Shown piece after piece: positions 1-9,693 of a stretch of 64,000 bases of DNA. The notes under the pieces were generated by a model that searched no databases, was not told the origin of the DNA, and was given only the letters and a program-made list of their open reading frames with translations. Both the position numbers and the translations under genes were made by a program. The number at the start of each line of letters is the position of its first letter. The stretch's first letter is position 1. This stretch comes from an uncultured delta proteobacterium (lineage in GTDB: Bacteria > Desulfobacterota > Binatia > Binatales > Binataceae), in assembly GCA_963842085.1 (NCBI GenBank), contig CAWJET010000001.1, positions 2,592,001-2,656,000 on the forward strand. Reading direction: 5' to 3'.

Positions 1-988
1 CTTGGCGATACCATTTAATAGCATCGATTATTGTTTCAGTAAGGGGCCGTGGCGTGATGCCAAGCTCATCAAGCTCTCGGCCGGGAACCATGTAATCGAA
101 TAACCTGGCCATCATCATTCCGCCGGCGGGTAGCCGCGTTTGCTCACCGATCGTTCCCAACATCAGTTCCATCGCGTATGCTCCCGCGAGCGCAAAGCTG
201 GCCGCGGTAGAGATCCTTGGAGGCGGCACACCGCCAAGCTCGCAAATCAGCGAATACAACTCGCCGGTGGAGATATTGTGGCCGCTCATCTGTATCGGCT
301 CGCCGTAGCGTTCCGCAGCAAGGGCAGCGACAATCGCGGCGGCCACATCGCGCACGTCGACCACATTCAACCTCTGCCTGATTGATGAAGGTATCTCACC
401 GCGCAGCAGTAACGGTATCGTACATAGTTGACGGTCGTGCATATCCCACGGGCCGAGACAGTAGGTGGGATTCGCCATAACTACTCGAAGCCCGCGCCGG
501 CTCGACGCGAGAATCTGCGCTTCGATTAGTTCCTTCACCTCGAAGTAGGGATGCGCGAGCCGCATCATCTGATGCTCGAGCCGCTGCGCACTCGTGCCTG
601 GACGGGCGAGTGTTACGAACGAGCCGACGTAAACGAGCCGCGCGTTGTGTTTGCACACCGCATCAAGGAGCAGTCGCGTCCGCCGCTCGGCGTGCGCGAC
701 AGGATCCTTTCCGGCTTCGCTCACTGGAGAGAACACACTGAGCGGATAAGGGGCTGCGGCGTCGACGACCAAGTCCTGGCCTGCTATCCATTTGTCGAAC
801 TGACCGGGTGTTTCTGTATCCCCTGATGAATAGCGGACGGGCAAGCCGAGTACATTTGCGGGTGGAACGCTTCGGCGTCCGCACGCGGTGACCTCATATT
901 TCCGCTCCAGCAAGGCGCGAACGATTGCGTTGCCCAGGTGCCCGGAGGCGCCTACGACGACCGCTTTGATGGCTGACCGTCGAGCCAC
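1..988 (-). CDS. NAD-dependent epimerase/dehydratase (extended SDR, dihydroflavonol reductase/HpnA-like); 3' end runs off the window
   Basis: Absent from the ORF track because there is no stop in the window. Manual translation from GTG at 988 gives VARRSAIKAVVVGASGHLGNAIVRALLE (Rossmann GxxGxxG). The same frame at the window edge reads ELGITPRPLTETIIDAIKWYRQ, a typical C-terminus for this family. Confidence 0.8.
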   Translation of the reverse strand, partial: MARRSAIKAVVVGASGHLGNAIVRALLERKYEVTACGRRSVPPANVLGLPVRYSSGDTETPGQFDKWIAGQDLVVDAAAPYPLSVFSPVSEAGKDPVAHAERRTRLLLDAVCKHNARLVYVGSFVTLARPGTSAQRLEHQMMRLAHPYFEVKELIEAQILASSRRGLRVVMANPTYCLGPWDMHDRQLCTIPLLLRGEIPSSIRQRLNVVDVRDVAAAIVAALAAERYGEPIQMSGHNISTGELYSLICELGGVPPPRISTAASFALAGAYAMELMLGTIGEQTRLPAGGMMMARLFDYMVPGRELDELGITPRPLTETIIDAIKWYRQ

Positions 989-1008
989 GACTTATGAGCC
1001 AGTGGGCT

Positions 1009-4000
1009 TCAACGAGCGAGCGAAGGCGTCGCACGCTTGGGAGCAGGAGTAGAGGTCGAGGTCGATTTGAGCTCGGCCAGAATAGCTTTGGCAGTTTTCA
1101 GCTCCGGCCAATCGAATCCTTCAGTGAACCAGTCGTGAATGGGCTGCAGAATACCAAGTGCCTCTGCTTGCCTGCCGCTGTTCATGAGCATTCGGCTCAA
1201 GCTGGTTGCCGCCCGCAGTTCGAGCGTCTTCGCGCCGCGCGCGCGGGCAATCTCAATAGCTTTGCGAAAGCTTTGTTCGGCCTCAGATTCAGCTTCTCGA
1301 ACATTCGCCGGGTTCGATGAAGCACACGCCTGTCTCAGCTTCAGTTCTCCATTGATCCTGCATAATTCGGACTCTACGTATCGCTCGTCGTTGCGCTCCA
1401 TCACCTCCCGAGCTTCGGCGAGCAATACTAAAGCCATATCTACTTGTCCGAGGCTGCCTAATGATTCTGCTATCGCCGATCGAGCCCAAGTGTGCGCCAG
1501 CTCATATCCTGCTGCGGAAAACCCACCGGGGGTGCCACCTCCTGCGGTCATCAGATCTATTCTTCCTCGTGCGGCCGCACTCATCGTGCGATAGGCGATC
1601 AGCGATGCTTCAAAAAAAGCGAACCCATACTCTTTAGTGAGGGTGAGTCCTTCGGCTATTACTTTGTCGGCGGCTCCATAGTCATGACGCATGGTGCAGT
1701 ACATGGCGATCATGGTGAGACACCAAGTTAGAGTGAACGGATATCCCAGCTCACGGGCAAGGACGATTGCCTCCTGCGCCTTTCTTTCAGCTTGATCGGG
1801 ACAACCAAGCATCCACAGCGTCATCGTATCGAAACAGAGGCAACTAACGCACGGGTCCTGGCCGAATTGGAACGCCAGCGTTCGGTGCTTTTGCTGATCG
1901 TACAGCCCGATACCCCGCCGGAGACTCGCGTGCGCCTCGGCAAATTGGCCCTTAAAGAATCGACTACAACCCGAGGCCCAGTCTGCCTGGACCAGCATGC
2001 CGTCATTTTGCAGGCGCGGCGCCAGGTGAGTCATCTCATCGGCGTAACCGCATGCCATTGCGTGCTCACCGCGAACGAGATGGAAGCTCCACAGGCCGAA
2101 TAGCACCGAAAATAGCCTTGAATCATCACCCAAACTCTGGCATAGCTCCCGAGCACGCCTATAAGCGCTTCCCATCTCAGGAGCATACCAACCCTTGGTG
2201 GCGAGCAGCGCGACACCAAAGTCGATTTGTATGTCCAGTTCGCGCCGCACGCGCTCTTGAGAGTAGGGCAATCCTTTGAGCAGCTCCAGGGCATTCTGGA
2301 AAGAACGAAGCGCTCCTTCATACGCGCTTTGCTTCAGTGCCTGAGCCGCAGCGAGCGCAAGGTACTGAACGGTCTTGTCAGCATCGGCAGCCCGGCCCGC
2401 TTGCCACAAGTGATGCGCCAGATCGCCCGCCTGGTCCTCGAGAGCATCGGCGTGCACGCGCTCGATAGCGTTGGCCACATTGAGATGGAGCCGTTGACGA
2501 CGCGGGGCGGACAGATCACTCAGGACTGCCTGGCGAATCAGCTCATGGGAGAACTGAAAGCTCGCCTCCGGATAGCCCAAGGTCGAGTAAATCAATCCTG
2601 CCTTTTCTGCTTCTTCGACGTAATCGAGCAGCGAGTCCGCGTCCAGGTTGGTTGAGGCTTCAAGGAGTTCGAAGGTGAACGAACGTCCTATGACCGCGGC
2701 GGGTCCCAGGATTTTTCGCGCTTGATCGCTAAGCCACGCGAGCCGCCGTCCTATAACCAGGCGCAGGCTTTGTGGCACGTCGATCGCCGCAAGATTGAGA
2801 TCACGGCGAAACTCCCCGTTGCTATCCAGAAGCCTGCCGCGCTCGATGAGATGGTGGAAAAGCTCCTCGACGAAGAAAGGATTCCCATCGGTGCCCAAGT
2901 AGATAAGGTTCACGATCGCGGGCGGCGGTTCTTTTCCACTTAGGGCGCGGATCATCTCGGCGACCGAATCCTGCGGCAGGCCTCGCAGACTGATCCGCTC
3001 GAGCATATGGATGCGCAGCAACTCGTCGAGGGTCTGCGTGAGGGGACCGGCGGAATCGAACTCGTTGTCGCGAAAGGTGCCCAGAATCAGCACAGGAATT
3101 TTGGAGATCGAGCGCGCAATATGATTCAGCAGCGACAGAGTTCCCTCGTCGGCCCAATGCAAATCTTCGAAGAGCAGAAGGATCGGACGAGTCGCCGCGG
3201 TCCGGCCGAGAAGTTCCACAACCGCATTGAAAAGGATCCTTCGCGATTGCTCCGGCGAAATTTCCAGCGGCGGCGGAACGTCCGGGAAGAGGCGGCGTAG
3301 CTGAGGCATCAAGCGAGCCATCTCGCCCGCGTCATTTCCGAGCGCAGTTCGGAAGGCTTCCTGGCTCGGCGATTGAGCCATCGCGGACTCGAGGATCTCA
3401 ACGAACGGGTTGAAGGGGAGGGAGTTTTCGCGATCGTAGCAACTGCCGACCAGCGTGATGAATCCTCGATCCGCAGCCTCTGCCGCAAACTCGGCGGCGA
3501 TCCGAGTTTTGCCCACGCCAAGCACGCCTCCGATCATCGCCACACCGCCCTTGCCGCCAAGCGCGCGTTCAAGCAGCCGGCGAAGTACGGAGCGTTCCGC
3601 TTCTCGGCCGACGAAAGTAGTGCGATCGGCGAGCGACTGGACGAGGCTGTTTTGAGGCCGCGAAAAAATCGGTGCAGTGACTTCCGCGACCGCGGAAGGC
3701 TTGATGCCCTCGTCGAGGGAGAACTGCCACGTTATCGGGGCGTGAGGATTTGCAAGATAGCAACTGAAGGATCCGGTCCTGATCGATCTGTCCAGCTGCT
3801 CGCCCAGTTGGCCATTATGCTCGGAAATTTTCTGCAGCGCAGACTTGATCGCGCGAGTGACGTTGAGCCGCGCACGCTCGGCCGCAGATCCCGCGCGCCG
3901 GTCGCGTCCGCCGAGACCGACCGCACGGGCTATCTCGCGCAGGAGAAAATCAATCTCGCTCTCAACCCGAGCGGCACGCGCCTCGTCGCCACGTTCCCGC

Positions 4001-4392
4001 AGGACCTCCAATTCCTCTCGGAGTTCGACGATTCTGCGCTGGTATTCCTGTTTGGCTTTGGCATCCAGCATCTCGCCCGCGTCGCCGAGTCCACCGACGC
4101 TGACGGTGGCGCCGCCAAGCAGCGAAGCTTTGTCTGTACCCTCGAGTTCGGCGGCGGCGCCCGCGCCGGGGCCGTTAAGGAGGTCCAGTGAATGGAATTC
4201 TTCGCCGGGATGCTGCAGCAGACGCTGAATGTAGCCGAGTCCCTTGATGTTCTTCAGTGAGAAGCTGGCATTGGCGTAGCCGAGGGTCCAATACTCGCCG
4301 TTGCAGGCGAACACCCCCGTCTGCGCGGCGGCAACTGGCTGCGACCTGGGATGGCTTCGATGCTCGGCTGAGCCGCCATCATTTTGTGCCAA
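1009..4392 (-). CDS. STAND-type AAA ATPase/TPR signal-transduction regulator with an N-terminal putative effector domain
   Basis: 1127 aa. FVGREAE motif, Walker A GVLGVGKT, Walker B LLFEDLHWAD, GNPFFVEE motif, F-HELIR motif, and a TPR-like C-terminus ending LELRAATSL...WFTEGFD as in cyclase/kinase-AAA-TPR proteins. Confidence 0.85.
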   Translation of the reverse strand: MAQNDGGSAEHRSHPRSQPVAAAQTGVFACNGEYWTLGYANASFSLKNIKGLGYIQRLLQHPGEEFHSLDLLNGPGAGAAAELEGTDKASLLGGATVSVGGLGDAGEMLDAKAKQEYQRRIVELREELEVLRERGDEARAARVESEIDFLLREIARAVGLGGRDRRAGSAAERARLNVTRAIKSALQKISEHNGQLGEQLDRSIRTGSFSCYLANPHAPITWQFSLDEGIKPSAVAEVTAPIFSRPQNSLVQSLADRTTFVGREAERSVLRRLLERALGGKGGVAMIGGVLGVGKTRIAAEFAAEAADRGFITLVGSCYDRENSLPFNPFVEILESAMAQSPSQEAFRTALGNDAGEMARLMPQLRRLFPDVPPPLEISPEQSRRILFNAVVELLGRTAATRPILLLFEDLHWADEGTLSLLNHIARSISKIPVLILGTFRDNEFDSAGPLTQTLDELLRIHMLERISLRGLPQDSVAEMIRALSGKEPPPAIVNLIYLGTDGNPFFVEELFHHLIERGRLLDSNGEFRRDLNLAAIDVPQSLRLVIGRRLAWLSDQARKILGPAAVIGRSFTFELLEASTNLDADSLLDYVEEAEKAGLIYSTLGYPEASFQFSHELIRQAVLSDLSAPRRQRLHLNVANAIERVHADALEDQAGDLAHHLWQAGRAADADKTVQYLALAAAQALKQSAYEGALRSFQNALELLKGLPYSQERVRRELDIQIDFGVALLATKGWYAPEMGSAYRRARELCQSLGDDSRLFSVLFGLWSFHLVRGEHAMACGYADEMTHLAPRLQNDGMLVQADWASGCSRFFKGQFAEAHASLRRGIGLYDQQKHRTLAFQFGQDPCVSCLCFDTMTLWMLGCPDQAERKAQEAIVLARELGYPFTLTWCLTMIAMYCTMRHDYGAADKVIAEGLTLTKEYGFAFFEASLIAYRTMSAAARGRIDLMTAGGGTPGGFSAAGYELAHTWARSAIAESLGSLGQVDMALVLLAEAREVMERNDERYVESELCRINGELKLRQACASSNPANVREAESEAEQSFRKAIEIARARGAKTLELRAATSLSRMLMNSGRQAEALGILQPIHDWFTEGFDWPELKTAKAILAELKSTSTSTPAPKRATPSLAR

Positions 4393-4509
4393 TCACATCC
4401 CCTCGATCGATTCGCCGCATGGTTCCTGATTCGACCCGGTGCGAATCCAGCCGATGCGCGTCGATGCCGCCCCCTTTGCGACAGGACCTTAGGCCGACGC
4501 TACCATCCG

Positions 4510-4525
4510 TTTACACTAGTGTAAA
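4510..4525. promoter_or_regulatory. Perfect 16-bp palindrome TTTACACTAGTGTAAA, candidate operator
   Basis: AT-rich perfect inverted repeat in the intergenic region between the divergent STAND and SDR genes. Confidence 0.5.
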
Positions 4526-4625
4526 TCCACCGGCGCAAACAGTATTTTGAAGTTGGCTGCCCGAGTGCAAGTAACTGCCCCTAGCGGCGCGATAATACAT
4601 CGAAGAGAGACCGCCGAGAGGTACT

Positions 4626-5357
4626 ATGGACCCCAACGGAAAAGTAGCGTTAATCACAGGCGGCGCGCGGATCGGACAGGTTGTCGCCGGTGCGCTGGCA
4701 AGCCGTGGATGCTCGCTGGCGTTAACCTACCGCGACTCGCGCGACGCCGCTCAAGCGACCGCGGCGGCGGCAAGAGCGGCGGGCGTCAAGGCCACGGTGA
4801 TTCGCGCGGACGCGACCGATGAGACGGAGATCACCGCGGCGGTGAACGAAACGGTGAAGTCGCTTGGACGTCTCGACATTCTGATCAACATGGCGGCCAT
4901 ATATGAAAAGACGCCGAATCCGAGCGGCGCACTCTGGTCCACTATCCAGGACGCGAACGCGAAGAGCGCCTTCCTTTACTCGATTCATTCCGCGCCCGTC
5001 ATGAAACAAAACGGCGCCGGGCGAATAGTAAACTTCTCGGACTGGCTGCCGGTAACCGGCCGTCCCCACTACAAGGATTACGTTCCGTACTATGTATCGA
5101 AGGCCTCAGTCGCCGCGCTGACCGAGGCTTTGGCGCTGCAACTCGCGCCCGAGATTCTGGTCAACGCGATCGCGCCGGGTCCGATCCTTGCGCCACCCAA
5201 CCTGACGGCCGAAGAAAATGCGCAGGTGATCGAGGCGACGCCGCTGGCGCGATGGGGAGGCGCGGAGGAGATCGCGAAGACGGTAATGTTCTTCGTCGAC
5301 ACCGATTTCGTGACCGGCGAATTTATACGGGTCGACGGCGGTCGTCATCTGTTCTGA
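4626..5357 (+). CDS. SDR oxidoreductase, pteridine reductase/FolM-like
   Basis: TGGARIG cofactor motif, catalytic YYVSK, VNAIAPG, and C-terminal VTGEFIRVDGG. Confidence 0.85.
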   Translation: MDPNGKVALITGGARIGQVVAGALASRGCSLALTYRDSRDAAQATAAAARAAGVKATVIRADATDETEITAAVNETVKSLGRLDILINMAAIYEKTPNPSGALWSTIQDANAKSAFLYSIHSAPVMKQNGAGRIVNFSDWLPVTGRPHYKDYVPYYVSKASVAALTEALALQLAPEILVNAIAPGPILAPPNLTAEENAQVIEATPLARWGGAEEIAKTVMFFVDTDFVTGEFIRVDGGRHLF

Positions 5358-5370
5358 GCAGCTTGCAAGA

Positions 5371-6504
5371 CTAACCCCAAATTTCCCTGGCGACATCGAC
5401 CACCAACTCGAGCTTGGCGCGCTGGTCCGCCGCCGAAATGCGATTGCCGGGCGCGGTGCTCGCAAATCCGCATTGCGGACTAATCGAGAGTTGGTCAAGT
5501 CCGATGAATCTGGACGCCTCGTCGATTCGACGCTTGAGTGAATCCTTCGATTCGAGTTCGGGAAATTTGCTCGAGACAAGTCCGAGCACCACGGTTTTGT
5601 TTTTTGGGACCAGCCGCAGCGGCTCAAAGGTTCCGGCACGCGGAGTGTCGTATTCAAGGAAATAGGAATCGACGTTGATTTTGTTGAATAGCGTATCCGC
5701 CACCAGGTCATAACCGCCTTCGGCGCTCCAATGACTCTGATTGTTGCCGCGGCAAATATGCATCGCGAGATGCAAGGTGGCCGGGCGTCCCGCAAACGCG
5801 CGATTCATCACGTGCGGATAGGTATCGAGCAACAGCGTGCGCGCGTCATCGCCGCGCTTTCGCAAAGGCTCCCAGATTCGCTTGTCGCTCAGCGACGCCA
5901 GCGTGGTCTCATCGATCTGCACGTACCTGCAACCGGCGTCGGCAAGCACTTTCAATTCCCGGTGGAACGCGTCGACGATGTCGTCCCAGAAAAGATCGAT
6001 GTCGGGATACACATCGCTGCTGATATTCTGGCGGCCCGCGCGGAAATGGATGATGGTTGGCGATGGAATCGTAATTTTCGGCGTACGCGAGGTGGCCGCG
6101 CGAAGGAATTTGAAGTCATCCACGTGGATCGGACCGTGCCAGCGCATCCGCGCCTGCACGCGCGGAACCAGCAGCGGGAGCTTATGGCCTTCGCGGTCGA
6201 TGAAATAGACTTCGTCAATCGACGATGGATCGTAGGCTACCGTGCCGCCGCCGAGGCCGCGGAAATAGAAGTCCGAGTAGAAAATCTCGCGACGGTATTC
6301 ACCGTCGGTAATTGACTGAAGGCCGACGCTTTCCTGAAAGGCGACTGCCTCGCGAATGAAAGAGTCCTCGACGGCGCGCAACTCTTCGGCTGAGATTTTG
6401 CCGGCGGCGCGATCGCTGCGCACCTTCAGCAATTCGGGCGGCCGCAGCAGACTGCCGACGTGGTCAGCGCGAAACGGAGGATCGTGCGGTGAATTGCCTT
6501 CCAT
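5371..6504 (-). CDS. Cobalamin-independent methionine synthase II family protein (single-barrel MetE/YxjG-like)
   Basis: RADHVGSLLRP, ITDGEYRR, Zn-ligand motifs HICRGN, FLEYD and SPQCGF. Confidence 0.9.
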   Translation of the reverse strand: MEGNSPHDPPFRADHVGSLLRPPELLKVRSDRAAGKISAEELRAVEDSFIREAVAFQESVGLQSITDGEYRREIFYSDFYFRGLGGGTVAYDPSSIDEVYFIDREGHKLPLLVPRVQARMRWHGPIHVDDFKFLRAATSRTPKITIPSPTIIHFRAGRQNISSDVYPDIDLFWDDIVDAFHRELKVLADAGCRYVQIDETTLASLSDKRIWEPLRKRGDDARTLLLDTYPHVMNRAFAGRPATLHLAMHICRGNNQSHWSAEGGYDLVADTLFNKINVDSYFLEYDTPRAGTFEPLRLVPKNKTVVLGLVSSKFPELESKDSLKRRIDEASRFIGLDQLSISPQCGFASTAPGNRISAADQRAKLELVVDVAREIWG

Positions 6505-6530
6505 TGAAGCCTCCTGATTGCGAAGGGCCG

Positions 6531-7886
6531 CTAGCCGAGTGCGGCAACCCGCGCGACGACTCGATCGACGAAAGCGCCGGCGGATCCAAGGTACGAGTTG
6601 GGATTGGTAAGGCGATCGATCTCGGCGTCGGTCAGATGCGGCCGCAACTCGCGATCGTCGCGCAGAATCGTTGCGAGCGGCACGCCCTCGGCAATCGACC
6701 GGTTGCAGGCGCGAGCGACTGCGGCCTCGGCGGCGGCACGACCGAGCGGGGCAACGAGCGCAGTCGCAATCGCTTCGGCCATGATCAATCCGCCAGTCAG
6801 TTCGAGGTTGCGGCGCATGCGCTCAGTGTCAACCGTCATTCCTTCCGCAATTGAACGAGCGTGGGCCAATGCGCTCGCGGTGAGGGCTACGCATTGCGGC
6901 AGCGCGAGCGATTCGCTTTGCCACGGCCCGGTCGCGCGCTCGTGATCCGCGATCATCGCCCCAAGCATCACCGGCACCAATGCGTGCACAGTGCGCGTTG
7001 CAGCAAGGATGTATTCGCTGGCGATTGGATTGCGCTTTTGCGGCATCGTTGACGACCCGCCCCGGCCTTCGTCGTGCGGCTCGGATACCTCGCCGACTTC
7101 GGTTTGCATCATCAAGGTTATGTCGAGCGCGAATTTCGACAAGCTTCCGCAAATCAACGCCAACAGCGCGGCAGTCTCGGCAAAGCCGTCGCGCCGAGAA
7201 TGCCACGGCAAATCCGGAACGCCGAGCGCGAGTTCGCGCGCAAGCGCTTCGACGACGGCGGGTCCATCCGCACCGAGCGCCGCCAGCGTTCCCGCTGCGC
7301 CACCGAGCTGGACCACGAGGACTCGCGGTACAGCCTGAGCCAATCGCTCGAGGTGAATGACCAATGGCGACGCCCACACCGCGCATTTGAGGCCGAACCT
7401 AGTAGGGACAGCGTGCTGAAGATGGGTGCGGCCGGCCATCGGCGCGTTGCGAAAACGCACGGCTCGATCGGCGAGAGCGCGTGCGAGCGCAATCAAGTCA
7501 CGGCGCACAATGGCGAACGCGCGCTGCAGTTGCAGGACAAGCGCGGTGTCGAGAATATCCTGAGTGGTCGCGCCGAGATGGATGTAACGCGCGGCTTCGG
7601 CGCCCGCGACCCGGCCGAGTTCGTTGACCAGCGCGACGACAGGGTAGCCGACGCGACGCGTGCTATCCGCGATGTAGTCGAGCCGCAAGTTCTCGACTCG
7701 GGCGGCGCGGCCGATGGCGTCGGCGACAGGCGCGGGAATCAAGCCATGCTTCGATTCGGCCCGGGCCAAGGCGGCCTCGACATCGAGCATGAACTGCAGG
7801 TGAGCCTGGTCGGAGAACAGCGCGCGGATTTCGTCGGTGCCGTAGAGCGCGCCAAAAATTTGAGAGTCGGCAGGATGAATGCTCAT
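6531..7886 (-). CDS. pcaB: 3-carboxy-cis,cis-muconate cycloisomerase
   Basis: Fumarate-lyase signature GSSTMPQKRNP, HLGATTQD, GRTHLQHA. Directly downstream of pcaG. Confidence 0.9.
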   Translation of the reverse strand: MSIHPADSQIFGALYGTDEIRALFSDQAHLQFMLDVEAALARAESKHGLIPAPVADAIGRAARVENLRLDYIADSTRRVGYPVVALVNELGRVAGAEAARYIHLGATTQDILDTALVLQLQRAFAIVRRDLIALARALADRAVRFRNAPMAGRTHLQHAVPTRFGLKCAVWASPLVIHLERLAQAVPRVLVVQLGGAAGTLAALGADGPAVVEALARELALGVPDLPWHSRRDGFAETAALLALICGSLSKFALDITLMMQTEVGEVSEPHDEGRGGSSTMPQKRNPIASEYILAATRTVHALVPVMLGAMIADHERATGPWQSESLALPQCVALTASALAHARSIAEGMTVDTERMRRNLELTGGLIMAEAIATALVAPLGRAAAEAAVARACNRSIAEGVPLATILRDDRELRPHLTDAEIDRLTNPNSYLGSAGAFVDRVVARVAALG

Positions 7887-8449
7887 AAGTCGAAGAACAC
7901 CGTCTCGTGCTCTCCCTGCAATACGATGTCGAACAGCAACACATCCGGTCGCTCTGCGTTTCGTGCGACAAGTGTTGAGCGTCGCTCGGGAGTGACGATG
8001 TTCAACAGGGCGTCGGCGGCGTTCATCGGCTCGCCGGGAAAGTAGATTCGCGTGATTAGCCGCTTCAGCAAGCCGCGCGCGAAAATCGATACGTTGATGT
8101 GCGGTGCTTGAAGGACGTTCCCGGGACCCGGAACGGAGCCTGGCTTGATCGTGTAAAAGCGAAAGCGCCCGCGCTCGTCGGTCGCAGCGCGGCCAAATCC
8201 GTGAAAATCGGGGTCGAGCAGTTTTTCCTGCGAGTCGTCCGGATGGTCATAGCGGCCGTCGGCGTTGGCCTGCCAGAGCTCGATCATGGCGTCGCTCACA
8301 GGGGTAGCATCGCCGTCGAGCACGCGGCCTTCGATCGTGATGCGCTCGCCACGAGATTTGGGCGTTGCCAGTGACTCCAGTCCGGGGCGGATCAGTGCGG
8401 GCTTGAAGAAAGGGCCGATCGTCTGCGATGGCGTTTGCAACTGACGCAT
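7883..8449 (-). CDS. pcaG: Protocatechuate 3,4-dioxygenase alpha subunit
   Basis: TPSQTIGPFF, ELWQANADGRY, QAPHINV, LITRIYFP, IVLQGEHETVFF. Start moved to the ATG at 8449, just after the pcaH stop. Confidence 0.93.
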   Translation of the reverse strand: MRQLQTPSQTIGPFFKPALIRPGLESLATPKSRGERITIEGRVLDGDATPVSDAMIELWQANADGRYDHPDDSQEKLLDPDFHGFGRAATDERGRFRFYTIKPGSVPGPGNVLQAPHINVSIFARGLLKRLITRIYFPGEPMNAADALLNIVTPERRSTLVARNAERPDVLLFDIVLQGEHETVFFDL

Positions 8450-8450
8450 T

Positions 8451-9155
8451 TCAGCCTGGCGTCGAAGTGGCCTCACGGCCGCGCAGTACAAAGTCAAATC
8501 GATAACCGAGTGCATATTCCGGAATAGTAACTTCGATATCAAATGTTGCTATCAGCCGCTCGCGCGCGGCGCGGTCGGGGACGCTGTTGAAGATCGGGTC
8601 AATAGCCAGAAGCGGATCCCCGGGAAAGTACATCTGAGTAATCAGGCGAGTCGCAAAGCTCGGACCGAAAAGGCTGAAGTGAATATGATTCGGGCGCCAT
8701 GCATTGTGATGATTGCGCCACGGATATGCACCCGGCTTGACGGTCATGAAGCGATACGCGCCGCGCTGGTCGGTAATCACCCTTCCGATGCCGGCAAAAT
8801 GCGGATCGAGCGGCGCCTCGTGCCGGTCCTCGGCGTGGGCATAACGGCCGGCGGCATTGGCCTGCCAAATTTCGATCAAGGTGTGAGGAATCGCGCGGCC
8901 GTCTTCGTCGAGCACGCGGCCGGCCACGACGATCCGCTCGCCCAGCGCCTCGCCGCCGTTGAAGTGCGTCATGTCGTCCTCGCCTGAGGCAAGTGTCTCG
9001 TGTGTGAAGCGAGGTCCGGTGATTTCCGACAGCGTGTGTTCGAGCCGCACCGGCGCGTGCCGCGGCGCGCGTTTGTGGGTGCTCGCATAGGAAGGATGGT
9101 CGTACGGCGGATGAACCGCCGAGGTCTCGCGCCGATAGCCGGCCGGCACTTTCAT
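8451..9155 (-). CDS. pcaH: Protocatechuate 3,4-dioxygenase beta subunit
   Basis: LSEITGP, EIWQANAAGRY, PGAYPWRNH, WRPNHIHFS (iron-binding Tyr/His region). Confidence 0.95.
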   Translation of the reverse strand: MKVPAGYRRETSAVHPPYDHPSYASTHKRAPRHAPVRLEHTLSEITGPRFTHETLASGEDDMTHFNGGEALGERIVVAGRVLDEDGRAIPHTLIEIWQANAAGRYAHAEDRHEAPLDPHFAGIGRVITDQRGAYRFMTVKPGAYPWRNHHNAWRPNHIHFSLFGPSFATRLITQMYFPGDPLLAIDPIFNSVPDRAARERLIATFDIEVTIPEYALGYRFDFVLRGREATSTPG

Positions 9156-9541
9156 CGCGGGCTCTCTTTCGCCATTTCCTCGAACACGGATTTTGCGATT
9201 CGGAACGCAGAGTTAGCCGCGGGCACGCCAGCATAGACTGCGACTTGTAACAGCACTTCCTTGACCTCGTCCGCAGTCACGCCTGTATTGCGAGTCGCGC
9301 GAACGTGCAGGTTCAGTTCTTCATGACGGCCGCCGGCCGCCAGCAGGGCTATCGTGATGAGGCTGCGCGTTCGATGGTCAAGTCCGGGCCGCGTCCATAT
9401 ATCACCCCATGCGTGGCGTGTGACGAGCTGCTGGAAATCCTCGTCAAAACTCGTCGCGTTCTCCAGTGAACGATTCACATGCGCGTCGCCCAGGATGCGA
9501 CGCCGAACCGCCAGGCCCGCATCGTATGCCGGATCTTTCAT
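9152..9541 (-). CDS. pcaC: 4-carboxymuconolactone decarboxylase
   Basis: AWGDIWTRPGLD...RSLITIA and VYAGVPAANSAF. ATGA overlap with pcaH. Confidence 0.93.
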   Translation of the reverse strand: MKDPAYDAGLAVRRRILGDAHVNRSLENATSFDEDFQQLVTRHAWGDIWTRPGLDHRTRSLITIALLAAGGRHEELNLHVRATRNTGVTADEVKEVLLQVAVYAGVPAANSAFRIAKSVFEEMAKESPR

Positions 9542-9693
9542 GACGTCACTCCCCGATGGTCGAGGTTCGAATTCCAGAATCGAGCCAGTTGAAAGCTACC
9601 GCGCCGCAGGCGGCAACGTCAAAAGGGAATCGACGGCGCGATTCAATTTGTAGTATTGCGCACTAGAGGGCGCGAATCGGGAGGTACACCGCC

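Noticed and set aside
9560-9600. GGTTCGAATTCC resembling a tRNA T-arm
   Set aside because: No acceptor stem, D-arm or anticodon arm can be folded around it. It lies in the pcaC upstream region.
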